From positions 181,228,001-181,292,000 of the forward strand of contig NC_058368.1 of assembly GCF_018350175.1 (NCBI RefSeq): a DNA stretch of 64,000 nt, read 5' to 3'. The position numbers and the translations under genes were made by a program. The notes below the pieces were generated by a model that saw nothing but the letters and a program-made list of their open reading frames with translations, was not told the DNA's origin and did not search any database. Positions 39,300-51,724 of this stretch are shown here, piece by piece. Within the stretch, counting starts at the first letter, position 1. Each line of letters starts with the position of its first letter. Origin of the DNA: Felis catus. Taxonomy: Eukaryota.

Positions 39300-39600
39300 G
39301 AGTACATCTCTATGATTTCCTGGCTAAGATTTTGTCTAGCTTCTGCTTGGAAACCTCTAGAGAAAAAGAACTGACTTGCTCTAGCAGTGGACCTTAGCAC
39401 TGCAGGATGGTTCTGAATTTTAGGGGGAGTTAAAATCATTTTACAGTGAAGCAAAATCTGCCTTCCCAAACATTCCATTCACACATCTATTCCCTTTCCC
39501 TCTGACCACAAGGGATAAGTGTAACCTCTTCCTCACAATGGCTAGCACCATATCCCCACTAGGAATTCTCTGCCACAAGCTAAGCATTCCCAGATCTTTT
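39300..39600 (-). mobile_element. L3/CR1 fragment
   Basis: tctagcttctgcttggaaacctctag...gaagcaaaatctgccttccc...ccctctgaccacaagggataagtgtaacctcttcc matches the recalled antisense L3 sequence. Confidence 0.65.
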
Positions 39601-39794
39601 TTTACTTCTTTTTACGTTTGCACAACAACAGGGAGAGCTTATTGTAAATATGTAAAGCTTTGTACAGATTATTAAAAATAGCCACACAAATTTTATAAAA
39701 CTACAAAAGCTAAACATAAAATAAAAGAAACTATTTGCTCAAAACCTCCTTAATAGCACTCTGTTATTTAATGAAAGCTAACATATATTAATTC

Positions 39795-40040
39795 TTTCTT
39801 ACTTTGTGCAGAGGCTGTACTCAGCCCATTACATGCATTATCTTACTGCATCCTTATGAGATATCATGATGCAGGTGCTATTATTACTAGTTTTGGTAAC
39901 TTCATTTTCCAGATCATGGAACTCAGTCCCAAATAGGGTTATGCACTTCTCAAGGATGTTCAAGTAGTGAATGGGAATGATAATAATAATAATCTCTCAT
40001 TCCAAAATCTGTGCTCTTATCCACTACTCTACATTGCCTC
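39795..40040 (-). mobile_element. MIR
   Basis: cttactttgtgcagaggctgtact...acatgcattatctta...gcaggtgctattatt...cattttccagat...attccaaaatctgtgctcttatccactac. Confidence 0.7.
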
Positions 40041-40499
40041 ATAAATGGAAAACAATAAATAGATTTACTAAGTACATAATGCAATATAAATTTTGAAGAT
40101 TTCTATAATTTTATAATGATCTAAAGGCTTCTCTGCTATCTCATCAACTCTCTTACTCTACCAAAAGCAATAAAAGTTTACATTGGAAATACCCATTTAG
40201 CCTTTAAAATACGAACAATGCAACAGACATGAAATTTAAAAAAAATGTCCATTATCCTCATGCTGTCTCAGTCTTTATTTATGTCTTTTCAATCTAGTTT
40301 TATTCTGCTTTGTTAGGGCAGCAATTACTTGAGATAACATTGCCACAGCTATTATGTGATGCCCAGAGATCCCACGTACTTTGCTCATTCTCTTGATGAC
40401 TTCTGACCTCTTGGTATTCTTTAGAACAGGTAGTTAGTTGAGTGTGGGTGGGCAAGGGAGTAATGATATGAATATACAGGTGAATGGCTGTACACATTT

Positions 40500-40536
40500 A
40501 ATTGGGACTTTTAATACAATTGGGACTTTTTAATAC
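40500..40536. repeat. 18-19 bp tandem duplication
   Basis: aattgggacttttaatac followed by aattgggactttttaatac. Confidence 0.9.
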
Positions 40537-40971
40537 AACACCTTGTGGACTGTTTAGACAAGAGCATAGAGAGTGGAGTATCCTTGACAACAGTGTGGAT
40601 ATATAGCAAAACAAAAGAAACACCAGGAGATTCACAGTAGGAGATCTAAGCAGTAGATCATTGGAATAACAGCTGACAGTCTTTTGGCGAAAGCTTCAAA
40701 ATTTTTCAAATGTGTTTTGTGAAATGTACCGTAGATAGTGGGTCATTAGAACATTTGAACAAAAGGCATTAATAATTGGCATGGTGACTGATGGACCACT
40801 GTAAAAAGTGATACTGAGTGTTAAATTTTCTCTCTGGTTACAAGTAATGGTTATAAGTAATGCAGTGACAATTGGAAAGAATAATCAGGGAATAAGAAAT
40901 AAAAAATGGATTTTAGTGCCAGCTCACTCTACGTCATGGAGCTGAGTTCCCCCATAGGTAGAATGGGGCAA

Positions 40972-42317
40972 AAAAAATTTCCTAAAATATGTAGGGAACC
41001 CAACAAAGACCCCAAATAGCCAAAGCAGTCTTGGAAAAGCAAAGGAAAGCAAAGCTGGAGTCATCAAAATTCTGGACCTTAAGTTATATTACAAAGCAAT
41101 AATAATCAAAACAGTATGGTACTGGCACCCAAAGAGACACATAGATCAACAGAATAGAATAGAAAACCCAGAAATAAACCCATAATTACATAGTTCGTTA
41201 ATCTTTGACATAGGAAACAAGAATAACCAAGGGGAAAGACAGCCTCTTCAACAAATGGTGTTGGGAAAACTAGACATGCATCAGACCACTTTCTTATACC
41301 ATACACAAAAATAAATTCAAAATGGATTAAAGACCTAAATGTGACACTTGAAACCATAAAAATCCTAGAAAAGAACACAGGCAGTAACTTCCTTGACATT
41401 GGCCATAGCACCTTCTTTATAGGTATATCTCCTGAGGTGAGGGAAAAAAATAAAAACAAACAAAATTTGGGACTACACCAAAATAAAAGGCTTCTGCACA
41501 CAAAGGAAACAATCAACAAAACTAAAAGGCAATCTACATGATAGAAGAAATTTGCAAATGATGTTAAAGGGTTAGTATACAAAATACATAAACAACTTAT
41601 AAAACTCAACACCCCCAAAATAAATAATCCAATTAAAAAACAAGCAGAAGACATGAACAGACATTTTTTCAAAGAATAAATACAGATGGTCACCAGACAT
41701 CTGAAAAGATACTCATCATCACTTACCATCAGGAAATACAAAACTACAATGAGATATCACCCTACACCTGTCAGAATGGCTAAAATCAACAATACAAGAA
41801 ACAATAGGTGTTGGCAAAGATGTGCAGAAAGAGGAAAACTTGTGCACTGTTGGTGGGAATGCAAATTCATGCAGTCACTGTGAAACACACACACACACAC
41901 ACACACATAATGGAATATTATTCAGCTATAAAGAAAATCTTGCCATTTGCAACAACATGGATGGAGCTAGAGAATATAATGCTAAGCAAAATAAGTCAGC
42001 CAGAGAAAGACAAACACCATATGATTTCACTCATATATGGAATTTAAGAAAGAAAACAAAGGAGCAAAGGGAAAAAAAGAGAGGGAGCCAAAGCAGGAAA
42101 CAGACACCTAATTACAGAAAACATACTGACCTCAGGGTTACTAGAGGGGCACAGGGTGAGGGGGATGGGTTAAATAGGTGATGGAGATTAAGGAGTGCAC
42201 TTGTTATGATGAGCACAGGGTGATGTATGGAAGTGTTGAATCATTATACTGCACACCTGAAACTAATATAACACTGTATGCTAACTAACTGGAATTAAAA
42301 TAAAAAACTTAAAAAAA
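40972..42317 (+). mobile_element. L1 (carnivore-type), 5'-truncated, decayed ORF2 3' part plus 3' UTR and A-tail
   Basis: ORF2 remnants ([66 protein letters not shown]) with frameshifts; ends ctaactaactggaattaaaataaaaaacttaaaaaaa. Confidence 0.95.
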
Positions 42318-42479
42318 GTTTATCCTACTTATCTCACTGGTAATTGGAAACAATGCTCATGACAGTTTTGCAATACTTGCATACTTCATCTGAAACTGAA
42401 GTAGATTTCATAATGACTGTGTGTGATATCTAACAATAGTAGAATTTATTATTTAACTCAAGGACATTCATACTCCTTC

Positions 42480-42862
42480 CAGTAAACAGCTCACACTTTT
42501 AATTTAGGAATGTACTTCTTCCCAATCTCAGTGCATGAGATTCCATCTACCTTTAAGAGTGGACACTTATCCCTGGAAAAAACATTCAAAATAATTTATT
42601 CATTATGTCACTGTGATTGCTCTAAAAATAAGTGACCCATGAAGTGTTTTCTCGAAGCCCTCTTACCATCTTGCAGTGAAGATGAAGTCACTGCACAAAC
42701 TTGAGGAATAGTGCAATACCAAGTCCTCATGATAACACTGGATTCCTGAATCTAGGTACCTTGCCCAAGGAATTCTCATTACATCAACAGATTCATTATC
42801 TCTTGTGTCTAGCATGTTGAGTTAGACTTATTGTCACTTGCAGCAGAGAGATTTAACTAATA
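42480..42862 (+). mobile_element. LTR16-like ERVL LTR remnant
   Basis: cactgtgattgctct...ccatcttg...gatgaagtca...gtcctcatgataac...ttgagtt...tgtcacttgcagcagagagatttaactaata. Confidence 0.55.
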
Positions 42863-43179
42863 AATCATGAGCTAATAAATCAAAAAATAACTTGAATCTA
42901 ACTAATCTTGGTTTAAAAAGCCATGCTAATACTATATCATATATTAATGTTTCCCAAATAGTTATGATGATGCAATTTTTAATGTCATAAAACATGTAAC
43001 AATTTTGGAGGGATTACTGATAATATGATAGACATTTTGAGACGTGTGTATAAATTATCACTGCATGCAATAGATCTTAGTCTCCCATATCTAAAATACA
43101 CAATATTAATTCATCAAAAAATTTATTATACAATAAAAAAACTAGCAAGTAACATAAAATTACATTTCATGAAAGAAGA

Positions 43180-44095
43180 CGAAATGGGGGAGGTGGGATT
43201 CATCTGGAAAAAAAAATGTAAGTCAAACAAAAAGAGTAGAGTTAGTTGATAGTTATATACTGATGCTAATTTCTGAGTTTTGGCAAATGTATAAAGGTTA
43301 TTTAAGGTGTTAGAATTAGTAAAGATTCTATCTGTGCAAGATTTCTAAGTCTACAATTATTCCAAAATAAAAAGTTAATTAAAAAAAACATTATTATATA
43401 CATTTATGTATCAAGTTGCCAAGATTATTTTAACAGCAATATAAAGTGTGGTTCATTGTGCTGGGAAAGAATACCTTTACAAGCTGTGATGGTAGAGTAA
43501 AGAAATGCTAACTTTCTGGAGGTTAATTTGTTAATATATATCTAAATCCATAAAATCAGCAAACACTTTTGTCCCAAATTACTTCTTCAGAAAAATTATT
43601 CCTAAAAAATAATATGATGTACAAATATTTATATAGGTGGATATTTATGTAGGTAGTGTTCTTTATATTAAAAATTCAAGCTATGTACATATCAAATAAT
43701 AAGGATCTAGGGCACCTGAGTGATTCATCTGGCTGAGCATCTGACTCTTGATTTTGGCTCAAGTCATGGGATTTAGCTCCATGTCAGGCTCTAAGCTGAG
43801 CATAGAGCCTGCTTAAGATCCTCTCTCCCTCTCTCTCTCTCCCTCTGTCCCTCACCGCCCACTTGCTCTCTCTCTCTCTCTTTCTCTCTCAAATAAAATA
43901 TTTTAGAAAGGATCTAATAAATAAATAGAAATTTAATACAATGGAATATTGTTTTGTAACACACAAATCATACTGCAGTAGGTAAAAATACTTAGTGAAA
44001 TGAAAGTTTTTTTCAGGTAATATTGGATGGGAAAAAAAAAACATGTCGTGATGTAATTTATGTTGTACAATGCCAATCATATTATTATTCATTTC
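43180..44095 (+). mobile_element. Old L1M(E-like) fragments
   Basis: atactgatgctaatttctgagttttggcaaatgta...aattattccaaaataaaaagtt; ctttctggaggttaatttg...; atacaatggaatatt. Confidence 0.5.
43710..43898 (+). mobile_element. CanSINE, older
   Basis: gggcacctgagtgattcatctggctgagcatctgactcttgatt head, (CT)n linker; aaggatcta on both flanks. Confidence 0.88.
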
Positions 44096-44110
44096 TGAAA
44101 AGAATGCATA

Positions 44111-44262
44111 TTTTTTAAGTTTACTTATCTATTTTGAGACAGAAAGAGACACAGCGAGAGTGGGGGAGGGGCAGAGAGAGAGAGAGGGAGAGAGAGACAG
44201 AGAATCCCAAGCAGGTTCCGCACTGTAAGCACAGAGCCCAATGCAGGGCTCAAACTCATAAA
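44111..44262 (-). mobile_element. CanSINE lacking its head, abutting an MLT1 LTR
   Basis: ttttttaagtttac...(GA)n...gagaatcccaagcaggttccgcactgtaagcacagagcccaatgcagggctcaaactcat; similarity stops there. Confidence 0.88.
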
Positions 44263-44264
44263 AT

Positions 44265-44561
44265 GAGTCCCTCCAAAATTCATATGTTAAAATCCTAACT
44301 CTCAAAGTAGGGGAGCCCTTGAGAGGTCTTTGAGTCATGAAGTCATAGGTCAACAAAAAAGGCTCCAGAGAGGTCCCTAGCAACTCCATCCTATGAGCTG
44401 ACTGCCAGAAATCTACAACCCAGAAGAGGGCCTGAACCCAGCCATGTGGGTACTCTGATCTCATTTTCCAGCCTCCAGACCTGTGAGCAATAAATTTCTG
44501 CTGCTTATATGCCATCTAGTCTGTGAAGTTTTTTTACAGCAGCCCGAAGAGACCTATGACA
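44265..44561 (+). mobile_element. MLT1A-like MaLR LTR, partial
   Basis: gtccctccaaaattcatatgttaaaatcctaac...ttccagcctccagacctgtgagcaataaatttctgctgcttatatgccatctagtctgtg...gcagcccgaa...gaca. Confidence 0.85.
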
Positions 44562-44584
44562 GTTAGTTAAAAGGACACACACAA

Positions 44585-44772
44585 GGGGTGCCTGGGTGGC
44601 TCAGTCAGTTAAGCATCTGTCTTCTGCTCAGGTCATGATCTCATGAACGGTTCGAGCCCTGTGTCAGGCTCTCTGCTGTCAGTGTGGAGCCATCTAAGGA
44701 TCCTCTGTCTCCCTCTCTCTCTGTGCCTCTCCCCACCTGCCCCTGCTCTCAAAAATAAATACACATTAAAAC
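44585..44772 (+). mobile_element. CanSINE with 16 bp TSD
   Basis: aaaaggacacacacaa at 44569-44584 and 44783-44798. Confidence 0.95.
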
Positions 44773-44834
44773 ATATTTTTAAAAAAGGACACACACAAAA
44801 ACTTTAAGACTGCTAAAAAGGCATCAAACCCCAT

Positions 44835-45030
44835 CATACTCACAGAGCTCACAAACACAATCACATATGATATACAACACACAACAAATACATACATAAA
44901 CACATATAACCACATGCATACACGTAAACACAAAGAAACATATACACATATAAATACATGCAAACACATGCACCCATACCTACAAGCACACAAACATGGA
45001 AGTGTGTGTACCCACTCACATACACAGACA
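44835..45030. repeat. Degenerate CA/TA-rich low-complexity tract
   Basis: Direct reading. Confidence 0.8.
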
Positions 45031-47416
45031 CGTGCAAGTCTGTCTAGTTCTGGTTTAGGCTGAACGTCTTCAGTTTCCTCTGGTGCTTTCTTTTCTCACA
45101 AGTAATTTCCCACATGTGTGTGCAAATTCAGCTATCACCATCCTGAATAACTAACATTCTTACAGAGAACTTCCCAAAGTGAAATACATACCCAGGCCCC
45201 AAAGCAAAGATAACTGAAATTAGACTAGATCCCAGCCTGAATCCTCAAAGAAAATATCTCCACAAAGTGCTACACGGCACCACTATGAAAAATGAGATGA
45301 CTTCAGGTCACTCCACCAGAATTCCAATGTAACTAGTATGTTCTTTTGCCTCCACTAAACTCATGCAACAATCTCTTGATATTTACATACGTATATATGT
45401 ATATTTTTCTTAACTTTTACATAAAACATTTCATTAATTTGTTCACCGATGTGAAATATAATTACTCTTTTGATTTTTTTCTCCCTATCCATTTTAAATC
45501 ATGGAAAATATAAAAAGGTGGACATCGGCACTGATTTATTCCTCTGATTAATTGTTATCTTGCCTGGGCCAAGCATATAGGTGATGGGGTTATCATCCCC
45601 AATTTATATAGGCCCCTCAACCAAATGCTATTCAGTAGGTGAGTAACAAAGGGGGAAAAAGCATTAAATTATATTTTTCCCTCTAATGATGTATTCTCTT
45701 GGTATATATCTTTCCACTGGTAATTTGTATTAGATATTATTTAGAGAATGGTACAAAAAAAATCAGAGAGTGAGCTCCCTAAGCACAGGACCAAAATCCT
45801 ATGAACTCATTTCTATCCCCAACCTAAGCATAGCTCTGGAATATGGTAGCTTCTCTTGTATATTCATGTGTTTCAATCTTGAAATAGCATTTTTATTTTT
45901 CATTTATCACCACACTACTATACGCTCTGTATAAAAATTATTCTGGAAATAAGACACGATTTGATTTTTTTTTCTCAGAAATTTGAGGGATACCTTACAG
46001 ATAACAATAATGAGCATTTCAACTAGACATTAGGAAAGGTTTTAATATGAGTGTGTGTTTACAAATGTATAACATACATAGAACTTGTGTGTGTACATAC
46101 ATCAAGCTTCACATATGTGTGTATATGCGCCCATAGGTATCATTATTAAAGTGGCTATGCCCTACATCAAAAAGAAAAGATGTTTCTTAAACCAATAGTC
46201 AGCATTTTGCAGCCCAATAGGTACCAAGGTTCAAAATTGCACCCTATGTCATCCTAGGTTTGCTCCTATCTTCCCCCTGTAACTTAGAGTATTTAGGCAT
46301 TTGGTGTCATAGTGACACAGCTCTTCACAGGCATTGCTGCTTAGTTCTTCAACCCACTGCACTTTGGAAGTAACAAAAGCCACTTCCCAGGGAGCTGTGA
46401 GGCAGCCTCTCAGTAACCAAGGTCTATCTCCCTGCCCCCCTCCTGCCCCAAATTCCATACTCATGACACAGAAGCACAGTTAGAGATGAAAAATATGGTT
46501 CATTATCTTAGTAGCGCAGAGAAAAATGTTATGGCTTTATTTAGCAGTTGCTTTTATGCTTTTAAAAACATGTTAATTTCATTTTTTATGTAATTGTGCA
46601 TTAAATCATCTCAGACAATTGTGTGATTTGGAAATAAAAGTCCAACAAAATAAGTAAAAGCTATAATGTGGTTTTATCCTTACCGCTTTTTGTAGTCTGT
46701 TTTTATGTTCCTCAAGCATTAGTGTCTCCGCTCCTTCCTGGGAAGATTAATCTGGAGGCTCGTAGAGACTCTCGTCTTCCTGTCTTTAGTTCTCCTGGTG
46801 CTCTGAGATTTTCCCTGTGGTTTCTGCATCTACTACTCATGAATTACCAGGGCCAACAACATTAGGACTTATAAAGTCTCATAATCCTTTAGTCAACATC
46901 CTAATAGGGCCGCCAGCTGGATGAAGACCTCAACCCTGGGGGAGAAATATTAAACAGATCTACACTGCCCTAGATAAAATGATGAATCCCAGGCTACTGA
47001 GTACACTATACTCACCAGAATATTGGTGATGGGTTTGTTGTTGTTTTGTTTTGTTTTGATTGTTTTTGTTTTTGCTTTTACGAGAATATAGGCAAGGAAA
47101 TATATGCAATGTAATTCAGCATGTTTGGGAGAGGTTTTCCTTTTCCCTTAAAGGAAAGTTGGGCCATTTCATACATAGTGTCCTCTATAGCTCCTATTTT
47201 AAACATGTTATGAGGGCTGAGATGTTCTGACAGAGGTTAATTATGCATTTTGACTCCTGAGTGTGGCCCCTGTGTTATGATTCAAGACGAGTTTCATAAT
47301 ACCTGATTTTTTTTTCAAATGTCTCTTAATACATACAAACAAACTCTTGTGTCTTACTTTTGTGTGTTTTAAGGGAGATTATTGTTGGAAGGCATTACAC
47401 TTCCTTTAACGCAATG

Positions 47417-47804
47417 TGCACTAGTTTGCTACGGCTGTTATAACAAAGTACCATAGGCTAACAACAGAAAGTTACTGTCTTACAGTTCTGGAGACTAGAA
47501 GTCCAGGATCAAGGTACAGACAGGTTTGGTTTGCTCTGAGGGCCATGAGGGAAGGAAATTCCAGGCCTCTTTCCCTGGCTTGCAGACATTTGTCTTCTCC
47601 CTCTATGTCATCACGCCCTCTAGGTCCAAGTTTCCCTTTTTTATAAGGACACAAGGCATATTGAATTAAGGCCCACCCAAGTTACCCCATTCTAACGTAA
47701 TTACTTCTTAAAGGCCCTATCTCAAAATAAGGCCACATTGTAAGCTAATGAGGGTTAGCACTTCAACATACAAATTTTAGAGAGATACCTTTCCAACCAT
47801 AACA
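47417..47804 (-). mobile_element. MLT1B-like MaLR solo LTR
   Basis: tagtttgctacggctgttataacaaagtaccata...cagttctggagactagaagtcc...ttataaggacac...gggttagcacttcaacatac...ccataaca. Confidence 0.88.
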
Positions 47805-48543
47805 GGATATGAAACGGCTTCTGATGTCATTCACCTGACTTAAAAATACAGCTTTCCAAAGACTGACAGTCTGAAAAATCACTAAAGATTAGCTTTTTCT
47901 TTCACAATTCTGTAATGGATTTATATATGATTCAGGTGGGGGTACATATAAAACAAACAAAATCACTCTTAATTATTTGTAGTATAACCCTCAAGGCAGA
48001 TATATGTATATATATGTACAGATGCACTAACCTATAATGTATATATATAACCAGCACTGAAATTAACCTCCACCTGAGGATACTATGAAATGTCATTTAA
48101 GCAGCCAAACTTTCAGAGCTTGGTACTCTACCTGCCTGGGGAGCCTTTGTATTCAATTTATTGTTAAATAAAATAGCGAACTTGTCAGCTGAGTTAGATT
48201 ACCAGATTATAACAAACTTTATTTTGGTTAAAGAAAAGGGTGAGCAAATATACCTGAAGAATAAATTTCAGAGAAATTAAAGATTTTGAGAGGTTATTTG
48301 TTTGTAACTATTTCAAGTTGAGCAGGAGAAGAAGAGGGCGCCCACAAGCCTGTTTGAGTTAATTAGAAGTATTTAGGGAACTTGACTTAAAAACTAGTAG
48401 TGGCTTTAAAATTTCTTTTAATAGTATTTAATATTTTATCAGGAGGAACTGATGTCAGAAGCCAAGAGTAGCACAAAACAGCTACGGAACTTAGGTTTAA
48501 ATGTCTTTCATTTGACCCCTTTATATTCCTTTTTCATTTCCTT

Positions 48544-48546
<3 letters not shown>

Positions 48547-48590
<44 letters not shown>
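48547..48590. repeat. (CA)22 microsatellite
   Basis: Direct reading. Confidence 0.98.
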
Positions 48591-48591
<1 letters not shown>

Positions 48592-48799
48592 CTAATTTAA
48601 CCAGCTTGTCTGCAAAGCCCACTCATGTGATTATTCAGCTGAAGCTACCATTGCTTTAGTAAAACCCTGTGGTTTCTATTCTCCTTTGGGGGAGGGGGAG
48701 ATGAGGGAACTTCTGGAAGGTCACCAGAGTTAAGGAGGCATCTTTAGTTTGATTATAGCCTTTAAACGTTTATTACTACTGGTGTATGTGGCAAGGTAT

Positions 48800-49330
48800 T
48801 GGTGGGCTAATACCACACAGGGGTTGGGGTAAGTGTTTTACATGTATTATCTAATTTAATCCTCACAACAATCCAATCAAGGTGAGGCAAAGGAGGATTC
48901 AATGGAGATTAAGTGACAGGATAAGGATATACATATCCTAAGGGGCTTTGCTGCAGCTTTTGAAAATTTGACATTGTGAAAGGCGAAGAAGCTGAATTCA
49001 GTGTATTAGAAAAAAGATTTCCTTTGCAAAGTCTGATAGGTATTTCTTGAGGAATGTGTATTCCTCAATTTAGGTGAGAGAAGAGGGCTGGATAGGTCTG
49101 TTTTATTCCATTGTAGCTAACACTTATTGAGATGCTAGTGGCTGCCAGGCACTGATCTAAGCACTTTATGTATATTATCTTGTTTAATTTAACTGTGAAG
49201 ACAGGTACACTATAAGATAGATTCTACTGTTATCTCCAACTTTCAGAGCTTACTAATTTTCCTTCGGTCACCCAATTGGGACTTCAAGGCCCTGGCTTAT
49301 TGTAGAGCTTGTGTCATTACTACTTTACTA
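48800..49330 (-). mobile_element. Two MIR fragments
   Basis: taagtgttttacatgtattatctaatttaatcctcacaacaatcc; agctaacacttattgag...tgccaggcactgatctaagcactttatgtatattatct. Confidence 0.7.
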
Positions 49331-49998
49331 TCAGGCTATGATAAGATAAAGTAACCTTTGTTTTATCTGGCAACTAATAGGTAGCTTGAGTTACCCATAG
49401 GGTGTGTTTATAAAAATTAGAGTATGGTATCTAAACTCTTCAACTGAATTATATATTACATGACTGAATATAGTATATCACTTAAAGAATTCTGAAAAAA
49501 AAATCTGAGGTTTGAGCAACTAAATTATTCATTGTAAGGTTATCATAGTATTAATAAGGGAGAAAAAGCCAAACCCTAAATATCTTACCGATCCTGTTAA
49601 AGGAGGACTAAGATTATGGCACAAACATATGAATGAATACTATTAAATCATAAAAATAGCATTTACAGAGATTTGCAAACAGCATGGGAAGCAGCTACCC
49701 CTCATAACGTTTTAAACAATATTGAATATTTTTTATAGTAAGTTTTCAAATATATAACAGTATTTGGAAAAAGGTCTGGGAGGAAATATATTGACATGTT
49801 AGCAGGGTTTATTCATTTCCCAATGGATAAACTTAAGGGGGGATTTCCATTTATACTTTGCAGCCCTTTTCAAATTTTGTATTACTTATGTAATGAGGGA
49901 CAAATCATATATTTATGGAAGACAATTCTGTTGCAATGAAATATTTTCCATAACTGAAATAACCGTCTCATAATTTATGTACATCCAATATTCAATGA

Positions 49999-50745
49999 CA
50001 GGAGTCAGTAAATTTTTTTCTGTAAAAGTCCAGATAGTAAATATTTTAGACTTGCAGACTAAGCACCAAAATTGAAAATATTATGAAGAGACATAACAAG
50101 AAAGAAAACAAATGTCCTTGCATTTTGGGGGGCAAAATTAAAAATACCATACTAATAATCAAATATATATTTTTGCAATACCCATCTACTAATTAAAAGA
50201 CTGAAATTGTTTTTGTACATGTATGATACCATTTTGCTTCATTGGGGTTCAAAGTTAGCATTCCCTATCATCAAAATTTAAGGCACATATTCATCTGTTA
50301 ATGCTGATCTATAGTGATATTTCATGTATTTCATCTTTGGAAATGGCTCTTCACACAGATAGGTGACACATGTGGCACTTGAAACACTGACTTGTAACTG
50401 CTTCTCTGCAATTTATAGTACACCAAGCGGTGAGCACCACACACTGTCTCTGTCGCAGCTACAGAACTTTGCCTTTGTAGTATGAAAGCAACCAGAGACA
50501 ATACAGAAACAGAGTGTGGCTGTGTGCCAATAACATTTTATAGGGCATTAACATGAATTTCAAATAACTTTCAGGTGTGACAAAATATTCTGCTTGTGAA
50601 TTTTAAACCATTTAAAAATGTAAAAACTTAGAAATTTCCAAAATAAAATCTTCTTAATGAGAAGACAAATCCATTTTTAGCTAATGGATCATTCAATAGT
50701 TGCCAGGCTATATTTGGTTTATGGGTTGAAGTTGGCTGATCCCTA
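49999..50745 (-). mobile_element. Cheshire/MER58-family hAT DNA transposon deletion derivative with transposase C-terminal relic
   Basis: Ends caggagtcagtaaa / gttggctgatcccta (MER58-type TIRs); minus strand 50364-50221 reads TYLCEEPFPKMKYMKYHYRSALTDEYVP*ILMIGNANFEPQ*SKMVS, resembling the hAT C-terminal dimerisation domain. Confidence 0.82.
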
Positions 50746-51144
50746 CTCTAGAAACAGGCATGCCTCTCTTATAAACGTCACTCAACAACCATCTCTGCCA
50801 GCACTGAATACTTCAACACATTCTTTATATGTATATGTAAAAAAAAGATATCTTTATGTAAAATGGTGCCTCTAGTTTCTCTATGAATGAGTTCTTTTGT
50901 GGGTAAAGAAATAACACATCCAGACAGAGAAAAACGTTAAAGAGACATTTGGAGGGAAATGTCTACAGAATCAAAGAGAAAATCAAGGTTCTGATATCCA
51001 AACTCAATGGTATATATTCTCTAGACCTCTGGATATTTTTTATGGAAATTCTAGGTTGTCAAGAAACTGTGCTAAACAAACCCATTATATTAGCCTTTTA
51101 AGAAATAACACCAAATATTTAGAATCTTAAACATAAAATAAAGC

Positions 51145-51724
51145 AGACCTACCCTATGACCCAGCAATAGCACTGCTAGGAATTTACCTAAGGGATACAG
51201 GAGTACTGATGCATAAGGGCACTTGTACCCCAATGTTTATAGCAGCACTCTCAACAATAGCCAAATTATGGAAAGAGCCTAAATGTCCATCAACTGATGA
51301 ATGGATAAAGAAACTGTGGTTTATATACACAATGGAATACTACGTGGCAATGAGAAAGAATGAAATATGGACCTTTGTAGCAAGGTGGATGGAACTGGAG
51401 AGTGTGATGCTAAGTGAAATAAGCCATACAGAGAAAGACAGATACCATATGTTTTCACTCTTATGTGGATCCTGAGAAACTTAACAGAAACCCATGAGGG
51501 AGGGGAAGGAAAAAAAAAAAGAGGTTAGAGTGGGAGAGAGCCAAAGCATAAGAGACTCTTAAAAACTGAGAACAAACTGAGGGTTGATGGGGGGTGGGAG
51601 GGAGGGGAGGGTGGGTGATGGGTATTGAGGAGGGTACCTTTTGGAATGAGCACTGGGTGTTGTATGGAAACCAATTTGACAATAAATTTCATATATTGAA
51701 AAAAAAATAAAATGCTAAAAAAAA
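51145..51724 (+). mobile_element. Young feline L1, 5'-truncated (about 580 bp), with 16 bp TSD
   Basis: Uninterrupted ORF2 C-terminus (...TPMFIAALSTIAKLWKEPKCPSTDEWIKKLW...HMFSLLCGS*), G-rich 3' UTR, AATAAA and A-tail; perfect TSD aaacataaaataaagc at 51129-51144 and 51725-51740. Confidence 0.97.

Noticed and set aside
41106..41741. Longest ORF in the track (211 aa, minus strand)
   Set aside because: It is the antisense reading of decayed L1 ORF2; its F/L/C-rich composition is what A-rich L1 gives on the opposite strand
49047..49068. 9 bp perfect hairpin ttgaggaat-gtgt-attcctcaa (similar 7-8 bp stems near 25686, 35332, 36450 and 61549)
   Set aside because: A few stems of this length are expected by chance in 64 kb of AT-rich DNA
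51209..51475. 88 aa ORF with clear protein similarity
   Set aside because: C-terminus of L1 ORF2 in a 5'-truncated, promoterless copy; annotated as a mobile element, not a CDS
51581..51622. G-quadruplex-like G-tract cluster
   Set aside because: Standard G-rich tract of L1 3' UTRs; not specific to this locus
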